A DNA stretch of 64,000 nt from Octopus vulgaris. Taxonomy: Eukaryota. The stretch spans positions 113,150,001 to 113,214,000 of the forward strand of contig OX597819.1 in assembly GCA_951406725.2 (NCBI GenBank), written 5' to 3'. Both the position numbers and the translations under genes were made by a program. Position 1 is the first letter of the stretch. Each line of letters begins with the position of its first letter. The notes under the pieces are model-generated. The model saw nothing but the letters and a program-made list of their open reading frames with translations. It was not told the DNA's origin and did not search any database. This document shows, piece after piece, positions 38,364 to 52,600 of the stretch.

Positions 38364-38481
38364 TTGGCCTGCTCGCTTAGCCAGCGGGGTGGCGTCATTT
38401 GAAGGCTAAAATAATGCGAAGCGCATTGTGACCAGCGATGTTGAGCAACATCTGATAGTCCGGTCGGTCACGGTGATTACG

Positions 38482-38486
<5 letters not shown>
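38364..38486 (+). mobile_element. Tail-only copy of family B tail 1
   Basis: Same boundaries as 5708-5830; lies between (TG)n/(TA)n tracts. Confidence 0.85.
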
Positions 38487-38534
<48 letters not shown>

Positions 38535-38614
38535 CGTTACTGTCCTGTTTTTGTTACCATTTTTACCCCTCCGCAAGGACTTTGTAAGTCCTTCTTATTC
38601 TTATAAAGAATAAG

Positions 38615-38929
38615 AAGGACTTATTCTTTGTAAGCCCAGTACTTATTCTATCGGTCTCTTTTGCCGAACCGCTAAGTGACGGGGACGTAAACACACCAGC
38701 ATCGGTTGTCAAGCAATGCTAGGGGGACAAACACAGACACACAAACACACACACATACATATATACGACAGGCTTCTTTCAGTTTCCGTCTACCAAATCC
38801 ACTCACAAGGCATTGGTCGGCCCGGGGCTATAGCAGAAGACACTTGCCCAAGATGCCACGCAGTGGGACTGAACCCGGAACCATGTGGTTGTTTAGCAAG
38901 CTACTTACCATACAGCCACTCCTGCGCCT
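38615..38929 (-). mobile_element. SINE family A (3'-truncated)
   Basis: Reverse-complement match. Confidence 0.9.
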
Positions 38930-39232
38930 ACGTATAACTATATATATATATTCGCGCTCTGTAGTGGGCTCCACAATCCACTCAGCTCTACAGTATAGCA
39001 AGAGGCGGGACACTAAATTCGGGATAGGTTGCAGTGTGGAGTACGAGCTACATAACAGGAAGAAAATAACAAGGAGAAAAAAAGGTGAAATGATGAGGTG
39101 AAATGCATAATTGCATAATGCATTTTACAATGTTATGTAATTATTTCGGCATTTTGAAGCAAGCGTGCATGTCCTATAAAGCTTTAAAAACCACACCTTT
39201 GTTGTGTCTATTAGAATATATACATACATACA

Positions 39233-39329
<97 letters not shown>

Positions 39330-39369
39330 TTGTATAGGTATATATATGCATATATACATATACATATAC

Positions 39370-39427
<58 letters not shown>

Positions 39428-39597
39428 GCACTTTAGGTGTATTTATTGTCATTTAAGAAAACGTGAATTTTTGGAGGAAACAGTGGATCTCGAAGCACAC
39501 AAATCTACAAATATTAGCATGTAAATACGTATGTATGTATATATGTATATGTATATATAAATATACGTATACATACATATATATATATGTGTGTACG

Positions 39598-39639
<42 letters not shown>

Positions 39640-39708
39640 TGAGAGTGTGTCTGTGTCTATGTGTGTGTGTGTATTATTAGACATGTACGTACGTATATAT
39701 CAATATCA

Positions 39709-39764
<56 letters not shown>

Positions 39765-40029
39765 TTCATAGATGATAATCAGACGTTCTTTGTGATTTAA
39801 ACTTGAGCGAATACAAAAGATGTATTAATGTACACATATAAAAAGATCCGACTTACACAGAATACAAATCATATAGAAAATTTAAGGAGTTGAAGTAAAG
39901 TATAACAAATCCAACTGCTCTTTCTGGAGGCTCGATGGTCCAAATGAATGTTTGTAGATTGTTGTTTGAAGACGGAGGCTCGTCTCATCCTACGATGAAA
40001 TCTTTTGTTGGTTTTCTTTTGTAAATTCC

Positions 40030-40386
<357 letters not shown>

Positions 40387-41384
40387 ATATATATATATAT
40401 CGTTCTCCTAGCGTTCATAGTAATTTTTCTTTCGCCTTGGCTTAACAGCCCTCACCGTTTATTTTTACTGCCTTGTTCTCACTGTCCAGTTCTTGTTACC
40501 ACTTTCACCCCCCCCCGCAAAAAATCCCAAATTTTATTTTATTTGCTTTGCGGGAAGGACTGTTTCAACGAAGTCGCGTATTGTCCTTACCTTCGAACGC
40601 GGAGTAAATGAAATAGGGACAACTGTTGAAGGGGAATATTCTTTATGTTGCATGTCTCGTTTCTCTGTTTTTTTTCGTTGTTCGAAAAAAAGTTCGTTAT
40701 CTATGTTTTTGTTTTTAATTTTTCGTTTCTCCTTGTGTTCAACGTTTTTTGATGTCCTGTACCCATATATGCATGTACATATACATATATATGTAGGTAT
40801 GTACATATATGTATGTATATATGCATATATTTATATATTATTTATATTATTATATATATACAAACATTTGTGTGTGTAGTATTGGACATAATCCATCGTG
40901 AAATAACTTATTATTCAAGTTAAATTTTAACTACTATATTCATCCCCGTAACATAGCGGTTCGGCAAAAGATATCGATAGAATAATTACCAGGCTTAACA
41001 AAAATACTGGGGTCGATTCATTCAGCTAAAATTTCTCAATGCCCCAGAATGGCAGCAGTCTAATGATTGAAGCAAGTAGAATGTAAAAGGTAACGTATCA
41101 ATTAACAGGAAACGTGCACTTTACGTGCATCATGTTCCTGAGTTTAACCTGAACATAATGTATTTTGTATTTTATCATACAATTTATTTGCTTTTTTCTT
41201 TTATCTTTTTCTTGTTTCAGTCATTAGACTGCGGCCATGCTTCAGCATTACCTTCAATTTTTAGCGAATGAATCGACCCCCCTACTTATTTCTTTTTAAA
41301 AGCTTGGTACTTACTCGATCAGGTTTTTTTTTTTGCCGAACTTCTAAGTTCGTATTTTCGTATTTTCCAGTGGTGTTCTCTGTC

Positions 41385-41568
41385 TATTGATAAGCCTGTC
41401 CACCAAAGTCCCAACGAGTGAAGCACCATCGGTGATACAAGAAAAACTAGTGACAGACACCCATCTAAAAGAACGCATTAGTGTACCAATAAGAAACTTG
41501 ATGGAAATGTTGACCTTCTGTGTAGAAACTACGTACATCAGTATGGACTCTGATATATATCGACAAGC
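41385..41568 (+). mobile_element. Penelope-like reverse transcriptase fragment
   Basis: ISLSTKVPTSEAPSVIQEKLVTDTHLKERISVPIRNLMEMLTFCVETTYISMDSDIYRQ corresponds to PLE RT SLFTKVP..EA...LL.FC..TTYF....YRQ. Confidence 0.75.
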
Positions 41569-41675
41569 CCTAAAATTCACTCCATAATTGCCCAAGGGCA
41601 TATGTGGCGTAGTGGTTAAAAGCGCGGGCTACTAACCCCAAGATTCCGAGTTCGATTCCAAGCAGTGACCTTAAC

Positions 41676-41706
<31 letters not shown>

Positions 41707-41880
41707 TCGAAAAATACCTAATAATAATATCAACCCAGGTTCGAAATTTCCCCAAGACACCTGAAGAAGGCTGGAGGGTATATCAGCCGAAACGCTGTGT
41801 TAACAACAAACAAGATGAGGACAAATATCCGTTGAATGTAAATAATGCACATAGTTCCTCATCTCTTAAATATAGAACTG
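41569..41880 (+). mobile_element. Family E element: tRNA-like Pol III head + (AAT)n + hammerhead-bearing pLTR-like segment
   Basis: A-box 41605-41615, B-box 41650-41658; gacac CTGAAGA a ggctg-gagggtatat-cagcc GAAA cgct gtgtt at 41756-41801. Confidence 0.85.
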
Positions 41881-42632
41881 TTTAATATTTCTGTTGCTAT
41901 CAAAAACGTTTTGTGGTTTTAAGTGATGGAGGTTGCGTATTGGCGCCCATTTTGAAGTGTCGGTCGATCGCTCGAATTAAAATCAAGGCTTAAAGCAACA
42001 TCAGTTCTACAAAACGATTGGGATTTTGAAATGATATCTCTATAGGAATACACCAAGCTATTGTCTGTGCAGTAAAGAAAACTCCATATAGAACATTTAT
42101 TGCCGTACAGTTAAATTAAATTATCAACTACGATCGAGCAACTACGGAGCCCATTGACAATATATGGTTGTCTGCAGTCTGCATGCTTACGTACCTATCA
42201 TCCAGCCTCTAAACAGAGGTTATCAAAGAAAATGCCACAGACGTTACTTGACATTTCGCCGCTACTATAAAGTTTGTATAATAGATCAGTGATATTTTTG
42301 AACTAATCCAGCATCATCTAATTCTGTGCATTTGTGCATTATATTCGTCAACCTCTTGATAAGTTGTTTGAACAGAAATAGATAAGTTTTACTATAAAAA
42401 CAGCCCTTAAGATGACAGAGCTGCAGTAGTTGTTACTGGTGTGATTAACTACGTCTATAGGAACTGCTATAAAAAGAACGAGATATATCCAAATTATTCT
42501 GGAGATGAAAAGATGTGATTCTTTTTAACATAGTGGCTTTCTTGAAGTTCAGACAAAGGTAGAGATATGGGATGACATCTGCTAGGAGAAAGTCAAATTC
42601 TCGGGACATGACTAAGAAACAATCCAGATTCG

Positions 42633-43061
42633 GGATCTTTTCGGTTTGAACGGCAATTTTTTCTAGCGGTGTCATATGAAATTGTCACCCGTAATTATGA
42701 CTTTAGTATCGATCTATTGCATTTCAATCTGTTTTAGAGTTCGGGTTAGTTAGGGTTGGGGTGGGGGGAAGGGTATCTTTTTTCTTCAGAAATGTAAATA
42801 AACCCAATCTGTTTCTTAAACGAGGGACATATTCATACGGCACAGAATGTTTTTCACCTCAATAGACGTCATTGGTTGGTTGAAATTGCAGAAATTGAAG
42901 AAAAAAACAACAACAAATATCTTACAAACTATAGAATTTTCTCAATAAAGCCAAGAGAAAAAGATGTTTTATAAACACATTCTACCAGTATACAAAGTTT
43001 AAAAGTGTTTAGTTACGTGGAAATTATTTTTAAAAAACTGCCGTTCAAACCGAAAAGATCC
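42633..43061 (-). mobile_element. MITE family F, full length
   Basis: Same TIRs as 9397-9815; 8-bp TSD cagattcg at 42625-42632 and 43062-43069. Confidence 0.92.
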
Positions 43062-43565
43062 CAGATTCGAATCCGCTTCGAAAGTACAGCACAATATGTG
43101 ACGAGAAAGAATCCAAAATTCAGAGAGAGTATTAACGGAAGCCATTAAATTGATTTGCTGCATCGAAATAAGCAGACGATTGACTTCTAAACTGACTGAA
43201 TCAATACCTTATTGGACAGTTGCTGTCCTGGATACAAAATATTGACAAATGATGGTGTGCGCAACATGTTGTTGTTCATTTTGTATTGTTAGGTAATCAT
43301 TATTGTTAATATTTGTGCAATAAAATTATTTTCTTCCAATATTTCCTTTCGTATTTCTTTTTCTTCTGTGTGATGTGATCTATTATGACCAGTACTGATT
43401 TAATTATGGCCATCTCAGATAGACATAAAAACGTCTGCAAGTTAGGAAGGTTAGGTGAGTCACTTTGTGGTGAGATGAGAAGGAAATGAGAAGGGGGAGG
43501 AGGAGGAGGATGGGGTAGCAGTATCTGTTACTGGGTGGTGTGGTTTATAAGCTATGAAGAAGAAC

Positions 43566-43570
43566 AGTAA

Positions 43571-43608
<38 letters not shown>

Positions 43609-43691
43609 ATAGTGGTGGTGGTGGTGGTGGTGGTGGTTGTGGTGGTAGTAGTAGTAGTAGTGGTGGTGGTGGTGGTGGTGGTAGTGGTAGT

Positions 43692-43740
<49 letters not shown>

Positions 43741-43829
43741 GGTGGTGGTGGTGGTGATAGTGGTAGTAATAGTAGTAATAGTAGTAGTAGTAGTAGTAGT
43801 AGTGGTAGTTGTGGTGGTAGTGGTAGTAA

Positions 43830-43866
<37 letters not shown>

Positions 43867-44060
43867 GGTGGTGGTAGTAATAGTAGTAGTGGTGGTGGTG
43901 GTGGTGGTGGTGGTGGTAGTGGTAGTAGTAGTACTACTACTACTAGTAGTAGTAGTAGTAGTGGTGGTGGTGGTGGTGGTGGTGGTGGTGGTGGTGACGG
44001 CGGTGGCGGTGGTGGTGTTGGTGGTGGTGGTGGTGGTGATGATCGTGGTGATGATGGTAG
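43566..44060. repeat. Compound (AGT)n/(GGT)n trinucleotide repeat
   Basis: Direct reading; generates the poly-V/S/G/P ORFs. Confidence 0.96.
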
Positions 44061-44441
44061 CTTTGCCAACTTACTAACTTGTCGCGCCTTTACTCGGGTG
44101 TTAAGTCGTTTAGTTCGAAATTGCATTGTCTCCCCTTTCCACTCCCCCTCCCCATCCATTCTTCTGCACCACCACATCCATCCCCCCACCCACCACTCAC
44201 ACAAACCGTCACAGCCAAATCACCAAATCATCATCACTACCACCAACATTAACACTCCTACCACTCCTACATCATTTCCGACTACCAAAAGGTCCACCCA
44301 GCACATTGACAAAATCCTACTTATTGATCGGCACATTTCGACCGGGCATCAAAGGATTATGCTAATTGATAGATCTCAGTATCGAATTATTGGTTTCTCA
44401 TACACTTGAGAACAGAGGTCTCGAATTGATTTCTTTTTTAT

Positions 44442-44489
<48 letters not shown>

Positions 44490-44579
44490 GAAAATTACAA
44501 ATAAAGAGCAATATTAACAAAAAAGACCTAAATCTGTTTCTTTGGCATGGCTGGCTACGAAAAATTTTATGTCAACGAT

Positions 44580-44887
44580 TGCCATATACTAAGATACCTA
44601 CTATATGCTATGATAGCCAGTACAGCCTCTACTCTAGCGTCTACATAGTACGGTTACATACCATGACGCCTATTGTGGCTATACACTATGATAGACACTA
44701 CAACTTTATACTATGGCACCTACATTCTACGATTACATGCAAGGACCCATATTATAGCTATATACTGCGATAGTAACTACAGCTCTATACGATGGCTCCT
44801 ACATACTACGGCTATATACTATGACGCCTTCTCTGCTCATAAATTATGATAGCTACTACAGCTTTATACTGTGACACTTACATTCTA

Positions 44888-44890
<3 letters not shown>
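44580..44890. repeat. Degenerate tandem repeat (~158-bp period built of tactat/tactac subunits)
   Basis: 44641-44730 aligns with 44799-44888. Confidence 0.7.
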
Positions 44891-44938
<48 letters not shown>

Positions 44939-45007
44939 TGCGTGCGTGAGTGTGTGTGTGTGTGCATGTCTGTGTGTATGCATGTGCGTGTATACACACA
45001 CAGACAC

Positions 45008-45225
45008 ACAAGGGGGTACTGAAAACTCCCTGGCTTCGAGTAAAAGAAAAGATAAGAGGATCAGTAAATTATGATTTTATTCAACATATTCCCCTCTCAG
45101 ATTCACTCACTTGTTGCAGCAGTCCTTCAGTTTCTCTAAGCCCTGTTAAAGAACTCGAAAGGTTGAGCCTCCAACCAGACCTTTCGCGATACCCTAAAAG
45201 TCAGGAATTTTTCAGCATCCTCCGG
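45008..45225 (-). mobile_element. Mariner 3' end fragment
   Basis: Minus strand ...DCCNK*VNLRGEYVE* followed by a TIR-like segment (plus strand caagggggtactgaaaactccctggctt). Confidence 0.7.
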
Positions 45226-45249
45226 TCGCTATGACTGACCGCTAAATAC

Positions 45250-46203
<954 letters not shown>

Positions 46204-46205
<2 letters not shown>

Positions 46206-46500
46206 ACAATGATGAGAAACAAAAGACATTTTACCAATATGCATATAAGATATATTCCGTTATAAAAAATATTATGTGTGCAAGATCGTACAATAAAAAT
46301 ATATATAGATATATAAATACATCTATCTATTTTTATATCTATCTATTTTATTGTACGATTTTATTGTACATTTGATGTATTTATATATCTATATATTTTT
46401 ATTGTATGATCTTGTGCACATAATATTTTTATAACGGAATATATTTTATTATATGCGTATTGGTAAACCGTTTTTTGTTTCTCATCATTATTTTTCTTAT
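46204..46500. repeat. Long AT-rich inverted repeat (~120-bp arms)
   Basis: aatgatgagaaacaaaa...aaatacatc vs gatgtattt...ttttgtttctcatcatt. Confidence 0.85.
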
Positions 46501-46610
46501 TTCTCCTATGGTTCAAATGTCTTGAGTGCTTCGGTATGCCTTCTATATATAGAGAGAGTTTATTTCTAAAACATAAATTATATATGTATATATATATATA
46601 TATATATATA

Positions 46611-47645
46611 CTAGTTGATGTACCCAGTAATTCCCGGGAAAGCGGGGCTTATGTCTTGGTTCCGTTCTCATAATTGTTTCGCTAATCCAATAATAACAAT
46701 ACAAAGTATGTAGCCCTTAAAACGGTTTTTGTGCATGTCTTACAACTGTCTTACAAGGATATGTTATGAATACCCAAATTGTGAAGTTAGTTATGTAATA
46801 ACATGAAATTAGTTACCCGATAGAAGGAATTCAAATAAAGTAGCCCCGAAATCTTATGAGGTTTAGGACTATGATTTTAAAGCGTTGGGCTATCAGCATT
46901 TGACTACAGTTACTGTGCTGGCATAATACTTGAACAATAATTTGTCCTAGTTCATGAAAATCCTATACTTTATGGGGTTAAATCAAAGGAAGTGAATCCA
47001 GTACTACCTGATCACTCTACATGGTAGAAATAGTAGCCGAATTTCCTTTCGATGTCACCCTACTATTTTAAAAGGACTCCTAAAAGTGAGTTGACTAGTG
47101 GCGGCTCGTAGATGAAATTAGTGGGGATGCTGCTTCGGAAAAATTTTAGCCATTGTTTTGATACTGTGTAAAAGGAAACAAACATATAAAAAGAATATTT
47201 ATACATAAACTTGATCGGTTCACTGCCGGGTAGTGTGTCAAATGTGTTCACTGAACACTGCCGCGAATTCCTCCTTGTTTTTCAAAAATCTCCTCTAAAT
47301 CACAAAATAAGGGGAGAAAATCTGCCCCATTTTTCATATCCTGGCAGCAACACTAAAGCTGGAAGCAGGATAATATTCTAATTCTACACTTTATCTCATT
47401 CAAGAATATAAACACGTTTTTAAACACAACACCATTGAGTCAAAAAGAAACACTACCTTTCACAGGCACTGCGTGAACACCAATGCTCTCTCTCTCCTTA
47501 GCGTGAAGCTTCCTATCTCGGACATGTGAGCATGTGCACAACAGCCAAACATCGCATCGATGGAACTGTGAAGCGCACAGTCCTATACAAGGATTTTTGT
47601 ATTTTTCATAAAGTAGGAGACATTAAGCTTAAGGATTATATAATG
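46611..47645 (-). mobile_element. Probable non-autonomous Helitron (3' end clear, 5' end uncertain)
   Basis: Minus 3' end cccgg-gaatta-ctggg hairpin + tacatcaa + CTAG|T. The far boundary is guessed from taggagac...ttatata similarity to 35485-35528. Confidence 0.5.
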
Positions 47646-49343
47646 TACAAGTATAAAGAAAGAATTAACGAAAAAATGACTCATTATATTGAATGTTATC
47701 TATAGTATCGAGTGGAAATAGGGGGTGCTGCAGTTCCACAGTGCCTATACACGAGCCGCCACCCGAGTTGACCTGCTACTAAATAACAACCACCAAGGAA
47801 TAACCTCTTCAGTTTTACTGCTTTGCTGCTGATTGCTGTAGTACACCGATACAACTCTAGCTAAGTTTCCAGTCTTTTGAAAGTTACTCTCCCACAGCAA
47901 AAGTTGAACCTAGCGTTAAAAACTTCTTAAACACTCGTTGCTTTCACAGTGCTACCATCGCTTACATTTCGTAAATTATACTAATTTTAGGATCTGTTTA
48001 CAGGTTCGTGAACGGAGTCATTGAAATCAAGTTCATTTTGTTTTGTTTTCGTCTTTTTCCTTTTTTTTTTTTTATCACGAACACAACACACCACCAGTGA
48101 AGGAATTCGACCTACGGATAATTCGGCCGATAATTATCCGATGCCTTTATCGATTTGACCGCGAAACTGAATGCAGTGACATTTCTCGAAGCGTTCCCTT
48201 GATGTAAGGGACCTAGTTCAATTAACCTCTTTGGCCCTTACAATTTATAATAATTACTGTTTCAAATGTTGACTGTGTGGGAGTTGCTTTTGTGTGTGGT
48301 TATATATGAAAACAAAGGGATAATGTCTTCGTTTCGAACAGCCATATGTATGTAATAAAATCTAAATTGCCGTTGTGGTTAGTTCGGTGTAAGGCTTGTT
48401 TAATTAGCTTCCTTCCTTAAGTGACCTAATCATCAGTTTTATAATGAGTGTTCATTTTATTTCCATGCCAGACTGGGTGTTTGTTGTCAATGTATATTTA
48501 TATTCCGAATAGATACGATCTTTGATATTTTGATTCAGTTCATAAAGAATCGTGTCTAACAGTCTGTCCGCTACATCCGTTATTAATTAACTTTACTTTG
48601 AGTTTTCTGTTAATCATTATTGGCAAAGTGAATGAGTCATTAAGGCGTTGGATAGAAAACTTTGGAATAGTTGTTCTAGCTCTTTATATTTTGAGTTCAA
48701 ATCCTGCCGAGGTCAACATTACTTTTTATCGTTACAAGTAGATAATGTACCGGTCTGTGGTGGTGGAATTGCGAAGTCAAATTTCCCGTCCTATCAGTGG
48801 CCTATCCCTATTCATAGCGAGTGTCGCGGTGTATGGAGCCGGTTAAAGGTGAGAGGTCACTAAAGTCGGACGGTGTGACATATTGGTTGGAATAACATCT
48901 CGATCGCATCGATATACATCGAATGTGGACTCTGCAGTGAAGTATGATAAACACTTAGACACAATTGAGTCTCTGTTGAAGTCCTCATTATTTAAGATTG
49001 GATGTGAGGCGTCTGGAAAGTTATCAGGACCTCAGAGCCCTCTACCAGTCAGGTAATGCGACCGGTGGGTGGTCAACCCATGACCGACTATATTCGGGGA
49101 AATAATATTAGATATTGATAAGGGTCCAATTAAATGAGTAATCATTTCAAAACGATTTTCCATCACAAGTAGGAGGTAGATAATCAAAATTTTCAAAAAA
49201 CTACTAACTGCCAAGAAAAAAGAGTTTTCTTTCCCTTTTTTTTTTTTAAGTACAAATACGGTAATTTGACTCTTCGACAGAGCTGAAGACGTCCATTCTC
49301 CTCAAAAATCAATAATGATGATGATGATGAGGAGGAGGATAAT

Positions 49344-49826
49344 GCCCTGAAGCAGTACCTGGTAGTGGCTCTCATGGCTTCTGATCTTAACTGATTGGAA
49401 GTGTTATCATGTACATAGTTTTGTCTTGGTATAAAAGATGGGCTACAGCAAATAATCTGCTCAATACCACAGATTTGCTTGTCAGTTGCTTGACTTTAAC
49501 AAGTTGAGGATGTCCCTTAGTGGCTGACGATATGTGCATCTCTAATCCCGAGCAGAAGTAGTGGGGGAGCATCGTAGCCATGTGTTGAGAGGGATTCTTT
49601 GGGGTTTGAATAATTCACCTCTGGAAACATGGGTGCTTCGTTCAACATCCTTAAAAAACCTTTTGAGCGGGATGGGTTACTCGACCAGTAGAAAATTCTA
49701 ACTGGGCCCCACCTGCAAGGTCATGTGCTGTTTATCTTGATATGATATCACCATGTCGTGCACTTATGGTTGTGATGCATGTGCCTAGTGTACCCTTATC
49801 AGATGTGTAGTCATGATGAGTATACT
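49344..49826 (-). mobile_element. Family G repeat, second copy
   Basis: Reverse complement of 13288-13777; abuts an aat/gat trinucleotide tract. Confidence 0.88.
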
Positions 49827-50539
49827 AATTTCAAATTACGCCCAGGTCAGTTTGGCGTTTTCTTTGGCGTTCCTTTTGGGGGTCGATGAAGTTGAGAATT
49901 AGGGTCGATGTAATGCACTTATTCCTTCGCCAAAATGTGAGGCTTCGTGCCTGTAATAGAAAGGATTATTACTATCATTGCTTTTCGAAGAGAATGGACG
50001 TCAAACTACAGTATTTGTATTTAATGAATTATATATATATTTATCATTTTAGAACATTTGATTATCCACCTCCTCCTACATGAGATGCTAAAAATAGCTT
50101 TTTTCGCAGAAAATGTTTCTGAGTTCTGTCTTGAAAATATATATTCATCCACTCATGTAACATGTCTTTTTGTGAGACGAACACACCCCGAGAATTGTTT
50201 AACAGGTCTTTAAATTTGAGTCGAAAATAAATAAATAAATTCTACAAGCAAAAAGGAAAACACGACACTGACGTTTGCACTCCACGGGAGAAAATGACAC
50301 TTTCACAAACAGCAGCCAATAATGATGTAAGTGAAAAGCCTGTACATCTCTTGCCAAAGTTGTCTACCAAAAGTTAATTATGAAAATAGAACAACTCTCA
50401 GAAAAGAAAAGAATGGGGTGTAAATATATCACGGAATCTTTTGCCTCTTTGCTTAAGGATTTTATTAGAAGAAGGAGAAGAGTGACATTTTTCATCTTTT
50501 CAAAAAGGGAGTTTTCATTCTACCACTCAAAAGCGCAGT

Positions 50540-50695
50540 TGAAAGAAACTACAGCCGGTATATGGAATATTGTGGTTTCTACCGATCAAGGGATGGTATG
50601 TGGAAGTATGTGCATGGTCATTAAGACTGCGGACGAGGCGAGGCAACAGGCTGAGCTGATATACCACACAGCTGCCCTCAGATTCGTGCCATCAT

Positions 50696-50742
<47 letters not shown>

Positions 50743-51100
50743 GCGTAAGAAGCCAAAGACCGCAGTCAGGGACTTAAGGCGTAATGTTGACCTTTGGCTC
50801 TTTGTCAAACTCGCAGAGCAATTAGAGCAGATTTCGAGCGTTGGGGTGACCAAAAACAATGTGTAGTTCGAAGGGGTCTGCAGAGTTTTGTAAGTTCTGA
50901 TGGTATGCACAGAGCCATCACGAAGCTGTAATCCATTGGGAGTGTTGAAAAGAAAGTGATGTGACTGATGGTTCATGGCACAAAGCCAATTTGTTTTACA
51001 TGTGGCAGTAAGAGCCAACTCTTAGAAAAGAAAAGAATGCGATGTAAATATATCATGAAATCTTTTGCCTCTTTGCTTGAGGGTTTTAATGGAAGAAGAA
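50540..51100 (+). mobile_element. Possible decayed Tx1/L1 ORF1 (zinc-knuckle remnant)
   Basis: MVHGTKPICFTCGSKSQL resembles V.GR.P.CF.CG..GH; upstream IKTADEARQ; many stops. Confidence 0.4.
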
Positions 51101-51734
51101 GAGGTAGCGGACAACAGCAAAACCAGAAACTTGTTTCCAGAAAATCATCACTCTCCTATTGCAAAGATGACTGAAAAACTCTCCTTGTCCTTGATGCTAG
51201 CTGTTGGCAATTAAGAGGCAGAAAGCTGAAAGGGAGAGGACCACCATCTCAGTTATGGCACTCCATCATTAATGGATAACAAGATGTAACTGACAATGAA
51301 AAGTGAGGAAGAACGCCAAAAGGAAAAATGTACTCAAGCGGCCCCAAGACGTACAGGAAACATCCTTCCCTCTCCTCAGATGGTGAGTTATGCCTGGGCG
51401 TTCAGATCACAACTAAATTCCAGATGGATCTGCTTAGCGACCCGAAGAAAGTCCATGTAGATGCTGCATTGACTGAGAAGAACCAGAAACAGAACTTTGG
51501 ATTAGAAATACTGGATGCTCGTAGAAAAAAAGTTTCAGAGCGTAAAATATATGGAGAACTATGCTCTGAGAAAAGAACACAAATCGAAGTTAATACGGCT
51601 TTAATTGAACAAAATGTTAATATTCATATTGAATGTTGAAAAAGATATAATTGGTTGGGCATCAGGCAGAAAATTGTACGGAATGTGCTTATGAATCTTG
51701 AAGACAGTCGCATTAGATACGTAATATTGAAACG

Positions 51735-52190
51735 AGACACCAGGAAAGTAAACCCAATAAATATTAATTTCAAATTTTGACACCAGGCCAGTAACAAGGA
51801 AGGCAATAAGTGGATTACAATGTAATCAATGTAATCGAAAGGTGAAGTCGACCTCGGAGGCATTTGAATTTAAAACCTTAAGCCAGAAGAAATACCACTG
51901 AGCTTTTTCCCCGGAGTGGTAATGATTCTACTAACTCACCACCTTAAACACCATAGATGTTACTACTCATTTCTAGTCTGGACACAACGCCAGAAATATG
52001 AGGTGAAGATGGTGGCTAGTTGATTATACCGCTATCATTAGTTGCATGATACTTATCTTATCGACGTCAGTATGATGGAAGGCGAAGCCAAGATCAACGT
52101 GATTTGAAATCAGAACGTAAAGAGCTGGAACTAAACATAGCAATGCATTTTGTTTGAACCACTAACGCTTCGGTCAATCCACGACGTTCT
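51735..52190 (-). mobile_element. Two old SINE family C copies
   Basis: aaggtgaagtcgacctcggaggcatttgaa and gatttgaaatcagaacgtaaagagc motifs. Confidence 0.65.
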
Positions 52191-52292
52191 CATGGATATT
52201 AATTGTCCTTTCAAATGTTTAACTCAAATAGCGTTTGTATGTCAAACCTGGTCCTGTTAGCCTTCCGATGTTAAACGAACTACAGTAAGTCA

Positions 52293-52600
52293 ATCGAAGT
52301 CGGATGTAGAGGGTTCTTTGGACACAGTGTGAGACGACTGTTGTTATGGCTAGGCCTAACTCATCGTAAAGTCAATACCACCATGACCGATACACAATCT
52401 ACAGTGGAAAAAGCTAGCTACTGGATTTGGTTAGAAAGAGACGATGAGCGATGGCTAGAAGGATATTGAGCTTTATTTAATAACCAGCTGATCTAACAAG
52501 TGGGACCTCATATCAGTGAGGTGCGCATTGATGCCGTCGAAAGTAGGCCCAGAAACGGCGCGCATTCTCTCCTGATGACCCTATACACTTACTGGCTTCT
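52293..52600 (+). mobile_element. Hero-clade (RLE) non-LTR retrotransposon 3' end
   Basis: IEVGCRGFFGHSVRRLLLWLGL...VEKASYWIWLERDD...* (52293-52469) matches the EVGCRGF...AE.AS.WLWL.R terminus of Hero elements. Confidence 0.75.

Noticed and set aside
43545-44409. Long ORFs (219-265 aa) rich in V/S/G/P
   Set aside because: Products of the (AGT)n/(GGT)n repeat, open in several frames on both strands.
48760-49110. Possible LINE RT fragment
   Set aside because: GC-richer and TE-like, but no convincing motif recovered.
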